Virus record (IMG/VR): IMGVR_UViG_3300033153_005726
Location: 1 to 64,000 of that record
Reading direction: 5' to 3' (one strand)
Source of the DNA: a virus
Taxonomy: Duplodnaviria; Heunggongvirae; Uroviricota; Caudoviricetes
DNA length: 64,000 nt
The notes beneath the pieces were generated by a model that saw only the letters and a program-made list of their open reading frames with translations, was not told where the DNA came from and searched no databases. The translations under genes and the position numbers were made by a program. Below, one piece after another: positions 8,846 to 17,989 of this stretch (position 1 is its first letter; each line of letters begins with the position of its first letter).

Positions 8846-9018
8846 GTTGGCATAGAGCAAAAATATTTCAATGTGAGCATTGTACTAAGAGTTTTAGAAC
8901 GAAACGGCAGCTTAAAAGCCATATGAAGGACTCTCACGGTGCAACATACAGATGCAAAAGCTGTGGAACACCAGCCAAACAAAACGAGATTTGCATGAGG
9001 TGTCATGATGAGACGTAA
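8842..9018 (+). CDS. 58-aa C2H2-type zinc-finger protein (not in ORF track, under 60 aa)
   Basis: AAGGAG RBS 5 nt upstream; ATGA coupling to the upstream ORF; FQCEHCTKSFRTKRQLKSHMKDSH fits the F-x-C-x2-C-x3-F-x5-L-x2-H-x4-H C2H2 pattern; a second CxxC...CxxC ribbon follows. Confidence 0.45.
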   Translation: MSWHRAKIFQCEHCTKSFRTKRQLKSHMKDSHGATYRCKSCGTPAKQNEICMRCHDET

Positions 9019-9763
9019 AAAGAAAACTGTAAAAGAATTACGTACAAAAAATAAGCATGGTGTGCGTAGTGACGATGAACTTGATGAGCATGAATCCTAT
9101 GGTATGATTTCATTGACACGCCAAAGTTGGGGAGGCCGTGGTGGTGGGGCTTCATTGTTTGGTTCTAAAATAAAACACAACAATGTTATCAGTCTCAAAA
9201 TAAATCATGCTGACCGGAGCCGTAACAAGTACAGTGATTTTTACTATTCCAAAAGTCAAATCATTGAGATACTGTTATCCCCTGCTCAGTTTACCAGTAT
9301 GCTCACACAGATGAATACCAGTGGTTCACCCTGTACGTTACATTGGTTGAATGGTGAATCAATTGAGATACCACCTGACCATGACACCATTGATGAATTG
9401 AAAGACGACCTTGCTCAGAAGTATAAGGAACTTGCTGCAAGGGTGGATGAAATGAAAAATACCATTGATGAAAGACTAAAAGGTGCTGTCAAAAAAGCAG
9501 ACAAAGAAGCCATTAAAGAAGCCGTATATTTCATTCACCAAGACCTTGACAGTAATCTTGGGTACCTGCGTAAATGTCAGTATGAAAAACTTGAAGATAC
9601 TGTGTCTGAAGCAAAAGCTGAAGTTGAATCTGCTATGGTCACCACTTTAATCAATGCTGGTATCGAGCAGCTTAAAGTAGGTAACATAGAGATGACTACC
9701 ATGAAACAAATAGGAGATACTGATGAGCAAAGAAGATGTATCAGTAAGGGAAGTGTTACTTGA
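9005..9763 (+). CDS. hypothetical protein
   Basis: ORF track. Confidence 0.4.
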   Translation: MMRRKKKTVKELRTKNKHGVRSDDELDEHESYGMISLTRQSWGGRGGGASLFGSKIKHNNVISLKINHADRSRNKYSDFYYSKSQIIEILLSPAQFTSMLTQMNTSGSPCTLHWLNGESIEIPPDHDTIDELKDDLAQKYKELAARVDEMKNTIDERLKGAVKKADKEAIKEAVYFIHQDLDSNLGYLRKCQYEKLEDTVSEAKAEVESAMVTTLINAGIEQLKVGNIEMTTMKQIGDTDEQRRCISKGSVT

Positions 9764-10199
9764 AATGCGATTACAACGTGCCCTTGAAGAACTACATTAC
9801 TTGAAAGAAAAGTTAAAACATGCAGACTGCTCAATGCAATACGTTGAAGAACCTTACGAAACAACAGTGCAAAAACACAACATCCAAAACCGTACACTGG
9901 AAATGGTTGCTGGTGTTGATGCTCGTATTGAATTTCATAAGCTCAATGTTTACGGGTGGTACAAAGATGTTGAAGGTCCACATCAGGAGTTCAGACTTGG
10001 CTATTTTCTTGACCCACTGGTAAAAACAACAGTGTTTGATCTTGCTCAACAATTAGGTGATATGCATTACAGATTTGTCCGTAATATTGCTGATCATTAC
10101 CAAGCAAAGTATGGCGATGTAACTATTAAGTATGACACATTTAGAAATGAACGTAAACAAAATAAGGAGTTCAAAGTAAATGGCAAGCAACAAAGATAA
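9723..10199 (+). CDS. hypothetical protein
   Basis: ORF track. Confidence 0.4.
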   Translation: MSKEDVSVREVLLEMRLQRALEELHYLKEKLKHADCSMQYVEEPYETTVQKHNIQNRTLEMVAGVDARIEFHKLNVYGWYKDVEGPHQEFRLGYFLDPLVKTTVFDLAQQLGDMHYRFVRNIADHYQAKYGDVTIKYDTFRNERKQNKEFKVNGKQQR

Positions 10200-10327
10200 T
10201 TTAACCATAGGTATGATTGATTTCGTTGAAGAAAATTGGGCAACCTTTGTGTTTAGGATGGAAGAAAGGGGAATCACAGAAAGAGAGGTTGAAGAAACCC
10301 TAGAATTAATAAGACAGGAAGTTCAAT

Positions 10328-10915
10328 ATGAATAAAGTAACAGCAGAACCAAGTATATTTGTTGGACTATCAGGTGGTGCAGGAGTAGGCAAATCCACCA
10401 TAGCAAGACAAATGTGGTTGGTCAGCAAGTTTCAAATACTTTCTTATGCACATCCACTCAAGTCTGCGTTGATCAAAATGACAGGACTTGACCGCAAATG
10501 GTTCTACGATATTGACTATAAAGAAAAAGAAATACCTGGACTCCCGGCAATCACCCCACGCATTATGATGCAGAAGTTTGGTACAGAATATGCCCGTGAA
10601 ATGATTGCCCCTGACTTTTGGTTATGGCGTATGCGTCAATCAATATCTAGATATTCTGATAGGGATATTGTTATTGATGACATTAGGTTTGAAAATGAAT
10701 CACAACTGATTCGTGACAATGGTGGCATCATCATTCATTTACGTAGAGACTTTGATTCGCCCACTGATCACACTACTCATGAATCTGAACAGGAAATCAT
10801 AGTAAGTGAAAGGGATTATGTTATTTATAGTGGCCTTCAAACAAAACATGAAACCTACAATGATGTAGCTGGCATAGTTCAGACGCATTACTATGGTGGT
10901 TCTAATGTCCTCTAA
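10328..10915 (+). CDS. P-loop nucleotide kinase (dNMP-kinase-like)
   Basis: Walker A GLSGGAGVGKST near the N-terminus; size and context (ThyX, ligase, MazG) fit a deoxynucleotide kinase. Confidence 0.45.
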   Translation: MNKVTAEPSIFVGLSGGAGVGKSTIARQMWLVSKFQILSYAHPLKSALIKMTGLDRKWFYDIDYKEKEIPGLPAITPRIMMQKFGTEYAREMIAPDFWLWRMRQSISRYSDRDIVIDDIRFENESQLIRDNGGIIIHLRRDFDSPTDHTTHESEQEIIVSERDYVIYSGLQTKHETYNDVAGIVQTHYYGGSNVL

Positions 10916-11123
10916 AACAGAATTCAAGTGTGACTTTTGTGGAAATCACCTTGTTGCTAAAGGCACTAACCCTGATAAAGTGGGTTGGTGTCTTTCTACT
11001 GATACCGTAAATAAGATAGAATTCACAAATAACCTGCACCGTAAATTGAATGGTCCTCATATTTGTGAAGACTGTGTAGAACATCTAGCTAAAGCTATGA
11101 GGTTAATTCCAACCGATGGGTGA
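10893..11123 (+). CDS. small zinc-ribbon protein
   Basis: CDFCG ... CEDC. Confidence 0.35.
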   Translation: MVVLMSSKTEFKCDFCGNHLVAKGTNPDKVGWCLSTDTVNKIEFTNNLHRKLNGPHICEDCVEHLAKAMRLIPTDG

Positions 11124-11397
11124 GGTAATTGGAATAAATGAAAACAAACCCCATATAAGCGGTCCAGTGGTCTGTATGAACTGTAAACATGAATGGGTTG
11201 GTGTTGCCCCTGCTGGTACTTATTGGCTTGAGTGCAAGCAATGTGGAACCTTTAAAGGGGTATTCAAAGGTGCTATACAATGTGATTGCATGACATGGGA
11301 GTGTAATTGCGGCAATACCCTATTTGAAATTTGCCCTGACGGTATACACTGTCCTAATTGTGGCGTAATGCAAGAATTTGGAGATTTTTATGAGTAA
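11116..11397 (+). CDS. Cys-rich small protein (multiple CxxC)
   Basis: CMNC, CKQC, CNCG, CPNC. Confidence 0.35.
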   Translation: MGEVIGINENKPHISGPVVCMNCKHEWVGVAPAGTYWLECKQCGTFKGVFKGAIQCDCMTWECNCGNTLFEICPDGIHCPNCGVMQEFGDFYE

Positions 11398-11827
11398 GCT
11401 ACCAAAATGCTGTGGCGACTGTGGGTTTTTTGCCAACGGGGCCTTATGTAAATGCCTGCATGATGACATTACAGACATGTTAGAAATCATTGACATAAAT
11501 AAAGTACCTACATTCTGTCCACTCAAAGAGGATGAACTTGATGCCAAACGTTTTAAGGTGCAGTACAGGGGTGAGAATTTCTACCTGTGTATTGCTGAAC
11601 ACCCAGAACGTGTAGGTAAACCATGGGAAATATTTGTGGAACATGCTATTAACGGTAAGTCAGAATTGCAATTCATGATGTCAAGTTGGGACACAGCTAC
11701 CCGTTTTATTTCAAGGGATTTGAAACGTGAACCTCTTGAAAGTACCTTACGTCAATTAGATAAGGCAAGTAGGCAAAAAGATGATCTGCCACATATTATT
11801 GCCGCCACATTGCGGAGGTGGGTATGA
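11378..11827 (+). CDS. hypothetical protein with N-terminal Cys domain, paralogous to 12066..12437
   Basis: Shared KCxxC...LC...VPT(F/W)CP(L/M) N-terminal pattern. Confidence 0.4.
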   Translation: MEIFMSKLPKCCGDCGFFANGALCKCLHDDITDMLEIIDINKVPTFCPLKEDELDAKRFKVQYRGENFYLCIAEHPERVGKPWEIFVEHAINGKSELQFMMSSWDTATRFISRDLKREPLESTLRQLDKASRQKDDLPHIIAATLRRWV

Positions 11828-12069
11828 GTAAAATAGTAAACCGTACAATAGCACAAGTATTTATAATGTTCGTAATTATGAGCACAGGTCATGTAATTTA
11901 CAACTACATAACATTGCAGGGCTTCAAAGAAGGATATCTTCTTGGTGTAGAAGCGGGTTACAGTGAGTTTATGGAACACTATGAAGAAACTTGCAATAAA
12001 CTCCCACCAGAAAATGCTGAAGAATTATGTTGGAAAATCCTTTATCACAAATATGGAGTGGGTGAATGA
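11818..12069 (+). CDS. small membrane protein (one TM)
   Basis: Hydrophobic segment IAQVFIMFVIMSTGHVIY. Confidence 0.35.
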   Translation: MGMSKIVNRTIAQVFIMFVIMSTGHVIYNYITLQGFKEGYLLGVEAGYSEFMEHYEETCNKLPPENAEELCWKILYHKYGVGE

Positions 12070-12437
12070 ATACAATAGTAACTTTCGTTAAATGTCCTGA
12101 GTGTCCACATTACAGAAACATCCCTAATGACGCTGATTTGTGTATGATGAAACAAGATTACAAACACATACCTGAATTAGAAAGTGTACCTACATGGTGC
12201 CCTATGAGAGATGCAAAATGTTGTTCTATACAAGATACAGTTTGGAAACCTATCTCTTCAGTACCTAATGACAAATGGGTTTTAATTAAAGGTTCGTCTG
12301 GTGTAATGAGAACAAGAGAGTATATTATTAAAGCTGAATACAACACTGATTACAACAGGTGGCTCACTGTGCAGAATGATGCTGTGTCAGATGAGTTTAC
12401 ATCACCGCCCACATACTGGATGGAGGTACCGAAATAA
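12066..12437 (+). CDS. hypothetical protein with N-terminal Cys domain (paralog of 11378..11827)
   Basis: VKCPECP...DLC...VPTWCPM. Confidence 0.4.
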   Translation: MNTIVTFVKCPECPHYRNIPNDADLCMMKQDYKHIPELESVPTWCPMRDAKCCSIQDTVWKPISSVPNDKWVLIKGSSGVMRTREYIIKAEYNTDYNRWLTVQNDAVSDEFTSPPTYWMEVPK

Positions 12438-12619
12438 TGCAAGGATTATATGTGGAACATATAGACAAAGGAAGTAAACTTATCATAACTGGGCAACATA
12501 TATCAAATGATGGCGTAGATGGTATTAGGTCTAAATTGGTAGAAATAGATTTGGATCTATTTGATTTATCTGATAAACCATACACACATTTAACTATTTC
12601 TTTGGAGGCACCGAAATAA
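12437..12619 (+). CDS. hypothetical small protein
   Basis: ORF track; its initiation region tggaggYaccgaaataATG is duplicated at ~12604. Confidence 0.3.
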   Translation: MQGLYVEHIDKGSKLIITGQHISNDGVDGIRSKLVEIDLDLFDLSDKPYTHLTISLEAPK

Positions 12620-12752
12620 TGCTATTACCAACATGGCTTGTAAACAGTAAGCTATGGTTCCATCTGTATTATAAGCATACCAAAAAGCATAAAAAAGAAA
12701 TAAAAGATATACGTGATGGCGCACTAAAATTCAGGAAGGAGATGCTTGGTAA

Positions 12753-13004
12753 GTGAAACCTATACAATTCCCTGAAGTGAATGGGCTGCTGGCTAAAGAC
12801 CAACCACAATACAAAACGCTGCCAGTATACAAAGACCCTGAAGACCCTGTAGGTGAAGTTATATCTTGTTGGGAACTGACACCTGAAGAAACAATGCATG
12901 TATTGCATACAGGTAAAATTTGGATGAGGATGATTACATTTAATGGTCAGGTATTGCCAACACTATTAGATGTCAAAGACCCTTGGAGAGAAAAAGATGA
13001 GTGA
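12753..13004 (+). CDS. hypothetical protein (GTG start)
   Basis: ORF track. Confidence 0.3.
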   Translation: MKPIQFPEVNGLLAKDQPQYKTLPVYKDPEDPVGEVISCWELTPEETMHVLHTGKIWMRMITFNGQVLPTLLDVKDPWREKDE

Positions 13005-13200
13005 ATCATTGGGAGAAGCTTTCCCGAAAGCAATTGATCATTGTAAGTTCTTGCAAAATGCATACAAAGAGATAGGACCTCCGGGCATATTTGCTTACAC
13101 TATAATTACTGATTTGATACGCAAAGCAGAAATTGCTAACAGAAATCAAGATGTAGTTGCCATGGCTCAATTATATCCTGAATTGCAGGGGTGTAGATAA
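12970..13200 (+). CDS. hypothetical protein
   Basis: ORF track. Confidence 0.3.
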   Translation: MSKTLGEKKMSESLGEAFPKAIDHCKFLQNAYKEIGPPGIFAYTIITDLIRKAEIANRNQDVVAMAQLYPELQGCR

Positions 13201-13367
13201 TGGACAAACCAAAAACATTAGCCCAAGTTGAGCGTGATGCTGAACTTGAAGATAACTACAAAAAAAAGAAGTATGTGACACTATTTAAGAGTAGAGTGAT
13301 TATTTCTAAAATAGGAACAATGGAAGAACGTAGAGTCTGCAAAAACAATTAAAAAGGATGCAACGAG

Positions 13368-14030
13368 ATGGTACAAAAACAATCTAAAGCAACAATAGAA
13401 AAAAGTAAAAAAGACATCAGTGCCAAAGAAGTATTGAGGCGTAAGGAAGCGATAATGGCTAGATGTAAATCAATGCCTGACATGATGACAAACACACCAA
13501 TTAATAGGCGGTGTGCTCATGGTGGGGTGCTCCCAAAACGCACCTTAGTTAGGAAACAGATGCTTCAACATCAATTGGATGCCCTACGCTACTCATCAAG
13601 GAATTTCCGTATAAAAACTGCTGGACTTGATGCTAAACCGCTTGCATTATTAAAAGCATTATTAAACAAGGAGACAGAGAAAATGGAAGACACAATGCCA
13701 CACCGTAATTGGGAATTTGAAGTACCGCATGGTGATGTTATTTGTATGGATGAAGTAACCAAATATGTTACACGAGATAATCCTGTAGTGATACTGTCGT
13801 CAAATAGTTATATTGTTGTTTTGGTACATACATCCATCGTACTCAAAGCTAAATTGATTGACTATTTACCATGGGAATTGCAGCAAACACAGGAATCACA
13901 TATTTTTGGAATGACAACTAAACATATGCATTACAAAGATATTATTGAATGGGCTCGCCATATTAAACGTGCTTCTTGGGGTGATGCTAAATGTGCTGAA
14001 GATGTACGGGTGATAGTACCCAAGATTTGA
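13368..14030 (+). CDS. hypothetical protein
   Basis: ORF track; GGATG RBS. Confidence 0.4.
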   Translation: MVQKQSKATIEKSKKDISAKEVLRRKEAIMARCKSMPDMMTNTPINRRCAHGGVLPKRTLVRKQMLQHQLDALRYSSRNFRIKTAGLDAKPLALLKALLNKETEKMEDTMPHRNWEFEVPHGDVICMDEVTKYVTRDNPVVILSSNSYIVVLVHTSIVLKAKLIDYLPWELQQTQESHIFGMTTKHMHYKDIIEWARHIKRASWGDAKCAEDVRVIVPKI

Positions 14031-14039
14031 GGAACAACC

Positions 14040-14282
14040 ATGTGGAAATTAGGTGTACTGCTACTTATTATGGCCGTTGGGTTTGTTGTTCATCAGGAAA
14101 TTAAAATTTTCCGTAAAAAAGAAGAAGAGCGGATAAAAAAACTTAATGCCCTGACAGCATGTAAAGAGGAACTTTCTGATGAACAACGCAGGAGTTCCAC
14201 CCTTGACATTATAGCAGAGACAACAGTAACAAAGGTACATAACAATGCCTTTGAAAAAGAAATCAACAAGTTTAAGGAGTAG
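14040..14282 (+). CDS. small membrane protein (N-terminal TM plus charged helix), immediately upstream of the SPFH gene
   Basis: LGVLLLIMAVGFVV TM segment then a K/E-rich helix. Confidence 0.4.
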   Translation: MWKLGVLLLIMAVGFVVHQEIKIFRKKEEERIKKLNALTACKEELSDEQRRSSTLDIIAETTVTKVHNNAFEKEINKFKE

Positions 14283-14287
14283 TACTC

Positions 14288-15607
14288 ATGGGTTACTATG
14301 AAGAAGAAGAACAAAGCAGACGAGAAGCTGCTATGGAGAAAGCAAAAATGATTAAACGGTTGGTGTTTAAAGCAGGTATACCACTATTCTTTTTATTCGT
14401 GACGTTATGTACATTGCCATTTGCCATTGGTATTAATGATGCTGGTCAACGAACAGTCGTGCAATGGCCTAATGGTACACTGTTTGTGAAGTTTACTCCC
14501 GGTCTGTATTTTGAATGGTTTGGTTCCAGTATTGAATATAATGATGTCATTACCTATGACTTTGATCAGGATTCAAACCCATCAGGTGCTACCCTTGACT
14601 ACAATGGTATACCTGTACGTTACCGTGATGGTGGTATGGGTACCATCTTTGGTAAATCACGTTTCAACTTACCATCAGATGAACCTACTATGCTAATGCT
14701 ACATAAAGAAACACGTAGCAGTCAGGGTGTTGCCAGTAAAATCTTGAAGTCTGTAACTGATGAAGCAATCAATCAAACTGCTGGCCTCATGACCAGTGAG
14801 GAAGGATATGATTCAAAGCGTTCAATCTTCACTCAGATGGCACGTAGTCAACTAAGTAACGGACTTTATCATACACGGGTTGAAACTAAAGTGGTAACCG
14901 ATGAAGTCACTGGTAAAACTGTACGTAAAGAATTCCCTGTCCAAAAGTTTGGTGAAGATGGTAAAGAATTACATTATCAATCAGACTTGAAAAAGTATGG
15001 TATTACTGTATCAGGTTTCCAGTTGAATAATCCTGGGTTTGAAGCAACCACCATGAAACAAATCAGTGAGAAACGTGCTGCTACCATGGCTATTATCACA
15101 GCCAAGGCTACCGCTGAAAAAGCCAAGCAGGATGCCATTACTGCTGAAGAACAGGGTAAAGCTGACGTAATGAAAGCTCAGTATGCTGCCAAAATCTTGA
15201 AAGAAACTGCTACTGTTGAAGCTGAAAAACTAAAGGAAGTGGCTACTATTAAAGCATCACAGAAAGTTGAAGTGGCCAAGCAATCAAAGCTGGAAGCTGC
15301 TGAAATGAAGTTACGTGCTAAGGAAATTAAGCAAGAACAGATCTTTCTTGGTGAAGGTGAAGCTGAACGTAAGCGTCTTGTGATGGCCGCAGATGGTGCC
15401 CTTGCTCAAAAACTGGATGCACTTGTGCGTATCAATGCTAAATATGCTGATGCACTTGGTAAGCATCGCCTTGTACCTGACATTCAGTTTGCTGGTGGTG
15501 AAGGTACTGAAAGCAATGGTGCTACAGACCTGATCAATATGCTTATGGTCAAGACTGCCAAAGACCTGTCACTTGATGCTACCATAAAAACTGCCCCAGT
15601 ACAGTAA
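14288..15607 (+). CDS. SPFH/band-7 (prohibitin/HflK/C-like) membrane protein
   Basis: N-terminal TM; GQRTVVQWPNGTLFVKFTPGLYFEWFG matches the SPFH core; long C-terminal Ala/Lys/Glu coiled coil as in HflK/C. Confidence 0.65.
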   Translation: MGYYEEEEQSRREAAMEKAKMIKRLVFKAGIPLFFLFVTLCTLPFAIGINDAGQRTVVQWPNGTLFVKFTPGLYFEWFGSSIEYNDVITYDFDQDSNPSGATLDYNGIPVRYRDGGMGTIFGKSRFNLPSDEPTMLMLHKETRSSQGVASKILKSVTDEAINQTAGLMTSEEGYDSKRSIFTQMARSQLSNGLYHTRVETKVVTDEVTGKTVRKEFPVQKFGEDGKELHYQSDLKKYGITVSGFQLNNPGFEATTMKQISEKRAATMAIITAKATAEKAKQDAITAEEQGKADVMKAQYAAKILKETATVEAEKLKEVATIKASQKVEVAKQSKLEAAEMKLRAKEIKQEQIFLGEGEAERKRLVMAADGALAQKLDALVRINAKYADALGKHRLVPDIQFAGGEGTESNGATDLINMLMVKTAKDLSLDATIKTAPVQ

Positions 15608-15618
15608 CCTCTACCTGT

Positions 15619-15649
15619 AAAGCCCTGCCTCACGGTGGGGCTTTTTATT
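15619..15649 (+). terminator. rho-independent terminator AAGCCC(loop)GGGGCTTTTTATT
   Basis: GC stem plus T-tract directly after the SPFH stop. Confidence 0.5.
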
Positions 15650-16045
15650 ATGATTATTATAACGAAAGTAGAAACAATCACTGTTGACCGTGATCCTTAC
15701 GAGGTTTTACACCAAGCCATGCCAAATGGTTTTTGCACACCAGATTTAACTGCACCCCCTATGGAATGTGAGGTATTCAGTGAACTCATACACGGTATGC
15801 GTTGGCGTTGGCATGATAGGGACAATGATATTGACATCATTGTAGGTGTCAGTGGCGAAGCGGAAAAGATACTTAACCTTGGGTATGGTATAGTTGAAAA
15901 CCTGAAGAAAGAAACTAACCGCCTTGATGATCTGGTCATGATGCAGGGTATAAACATAAAAGACCAAACCAAAACCATAAAAAATTTACGTGATGCTTCC
16001 TTTTGGCAGCGGTTCAAATGGGTATTCACAGGGGTGACAGAATGA
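15635..16045 (+). CDS. hypothetical protein
   Basis: ORF track; ATGA overlap with thyX start. Confidence 0.35.
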   Translation: MGLFIMIIITKVETITVDRDPYEVLHQAMPNGFCTPDLTAPPMECEVFSELIHGMRWRWHDRDNDIDIIVGVSGEAEKILNLGYGIVENLKKETNRLDDLVMMQGINIKDQTKTIKNLRDASFWQRFKWVFTGVTE

Positions 16046-17775
16046 AAATAGTACAACCGACGGCTAAAGTATGGGGAGAATGTCCTACCAATATTGATGA
16101 AGCTATTGTGTGGATTGAACGTGCTGGGCGTGTATGCTACCGCTCAGAAGATAAAATCATTGAGGGTTCAGGTAGAAAGTTTGTTGATGGGATTGTCAGG
16201 CGTAAACATTTTTCAGTAATTGAACACTCAAATTTCGTTGTCCGCACCAAACCCCTTACTTCTCCACGTAAAGAAATGGAAAAGTTGCGTAACAAATACG
16301 CTACTCCATTCTTGCGTTTTTTATTAAAAGGTGATAGAGTATATATCGGTGGTAATTTTAGAGCGTGGATGGAAATGCTTAAATTAAATACTATTGATGA
16401 GTTATTTGATTATTCCTCTAATGATGGACTTAAACTAATCACTAATCACACTGATATCCCTAAACGCCTTAAAATGGTCACTGCTGAGTTTTTAACTGAT
16501 AGGGCAGTTACCCATGAACTTGTAAGACATCGACCTTCAAGTTATTGTTTAACAGGTGATACACTGATACATCACTTTGCTAATGAAAAAAATACAAATT
16601 CAACTGGCAAGAAAAGAACTATTAAACAATTATATGAATATAGCCAAGATCAACGTAAAGGGAGACTCAAGCTCATATCATTAACTGGTATGGATAATGA
16701 TGGTGAATTAATACCAGTACCAATAAAATCTATAATTAAATCTGGTGTTAAAAAAGTGTATAAATTAGTGACAGCTAATGGTAGAAAAATAAAAGCAAGC
16801 AGAAAACATAGGTTTTGTACTAAAAATGGTTGGAAACGTCTACATGAACTTACTGTCGGAGATTCTATTTTATGTAATGGTATTGAGGTGTCCAGGGAAT
16901 ATATTAAACAAAGGTATCTTATAGATAACTTACAGAGGAAAGACCTTGCAAAAGAAATAGGTATGTCTGATGTATGGTTAGGTAAAAAAATAGCCTTATG
17001 GGGGTTACAAAAACCAAAATCACAATATCCAGGACGTAAGGCAGGACATGGTAATCCTGGAATGCATAGCGAAGAAGAAAAAAAAGCCATTTCAAAACGT
17101 ATGAGTGGTGAAAATAATCACAGATGGAATGGGGGTGTGTGGAAAAATGGAAACACTCAATGTGTGAATAAGTATGATATCTCAAATGAATATTGTGTGT
17201 GCGGTATAAAAGCAGAAGAGCGACATCATATAGATAAAAATCCGAATAACAATGAACCTGATAACATAGAGTTTGTTTGCATCAAGTGCCATAAAGCAAG
17301 ACACTTTGATAAAGTTAAAATAGTATTTGAGGATGAGATAATTTCTATAAAATATGCTGGAAAAGAAGAAACCTATGATATCGAAATTGATCATCCATGT
17401 CATAACTTTATTGCAAATGGTTTAGTGGTTCATAATTCACAGGAATCACAACGATATTGTGCTTATCGCAAACATCTTGAAGTTATTATGCCTTGGCATT
17501 ATGATGGTAATAATCAATCTGCATGTTTTCAAATGTGGAAACAAGGAATTGAGTACTCAGAAAAAGCATATAAATATTTACTACAAAATGGAGAAAAAGC
17601 AGAACAAGCACGTAGTGTACTTCCCAATTCAACAGCAACGAGAATTGTTACAACTGCTACAGTTAAAGAATGGGAACATATCTTTATGTTACGTACTTCA
17701 GCAGCCGCATATCCTGGTATCAGAAACATAATCAATCCAGTAAAGTTGGACTTCCAAGAAAATAATTGGATATAA
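16042..17775 (+). CDS. thyX: flavin-dependent thymidylate synthase ThyX interrupted by an in-frame intein (precursor 578 aa; exteins about 281 aa)
   Basis: ThyX signature RHRxxSxxxxSxR is split: ...ELVRHRPSSY | C... ...VHN | SQESQRY...; C-extein ...ARSVLPNSTATRIVTTATVKEWEHIFMLRTSAAA is ThyX-like; GGGTG RBS before ATG 16042. Confidence 0.75.
   Translation: MKIVQPTAKVWGECPTNIDEAIVWIERAGRVCYRSEDKIIEGSGRKFVDGIVRRKHFSVIEHSNFVVRTKPLTSPRKEMEKLRNKYATPFLRFLLKGDRVYIGGNFRAWMEMLKLNTIDELFDYSSNDGLKLITNHTDIPKRLKMVTAEFLTDRAVTHELVRHRPSSYCLTGDTLIHHFANEKNTNSTGKKRTIKQLYEYSQDQRKGRLKLISLTGMDNDGELIPVPIKSIIKSGVKKVYKLVTANGRKIKASRKHRFCTKNGWKRLHELTVGDSILCNGIEVSREYIKQRYLIDNLQRKDLAKEIGMSDVWLGKKIALWGLQKPKSQYPGRKAGHGNPGMHSEEEKKAISKRMSGENNHRWNGGVWKNGNTQCVNKYDISNEYCVCGIKAEERHHIDKNPNNNEPDNIEFVCIKCHKARHFDKVKIVFEDEIISIKYAGKEETYDIEIDHPCHNFIANGLVVHNSQESQRYCAYRKHLEVIMPWHYDGNNQSACFQMWKQGIEYSEKAYKYLLQNGEKAEQARSVLPNSTATRIVTTATVKEWEHIFMLRTSAAAYPGIRNIINPVKLDFQENNWI
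16546..17436 (+). mobile_element. intein (297 aa) with embedded HNH endonuclease and HTH, inserted in the ThyX catalytic motif
   Basis: Starts CLTGDTLI (intein block A), ends GLVVHN (block G) followed by +1 Ser; internal CVCGIKAEERHHIDKNPNNNEPDNIEFVCIKCHKARH is an HNH/zinc motif; LIDNLQRKDLAKEIGMSDVW is HTH-like; removing it restores a contiguous RHRPSSYSQESQR motif. Confidence 0.7.
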
Positions 17776-17787
17776 TAAGAGGTTAAT

Positions 17788-17988
17788 ATGAAAATAGAAT
17801 GTGAAGTATCAGGATGTTATACAATGGTGACCATATCAAGGTGGAAACAGTTCAAACGTAAATTGAGTAGCCTACGCCATGGGTATGACTTTTACGCACC
17901 TATCTTATGCCCAGAACATATGGAACGTGCCACTTCAGGGGGAATTAGTGATAATGACCCCATGACCAATCCTGACTTGGAGAAATAA
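17788..17988 (+). CDS. small Cys/His-containing protein
   Basis: ORF track; GAGG RBS. Confidence 0.35.
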   Translation: MKIECEVSGCYTMVTISRWKQFKRKLSSLRHGYDFYAPILCPEHMERATSGGISDNDPMTNPDLEK

Positions 17989-17989
17989 A

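Noticed and set aside
16650-17403. Minus-strand ORFs (146, 88, 73 aa) within the thyX/intein region
   Set aside because: Antisense to a well-supported gene; AT-rich, low-complexity translations; no RBS
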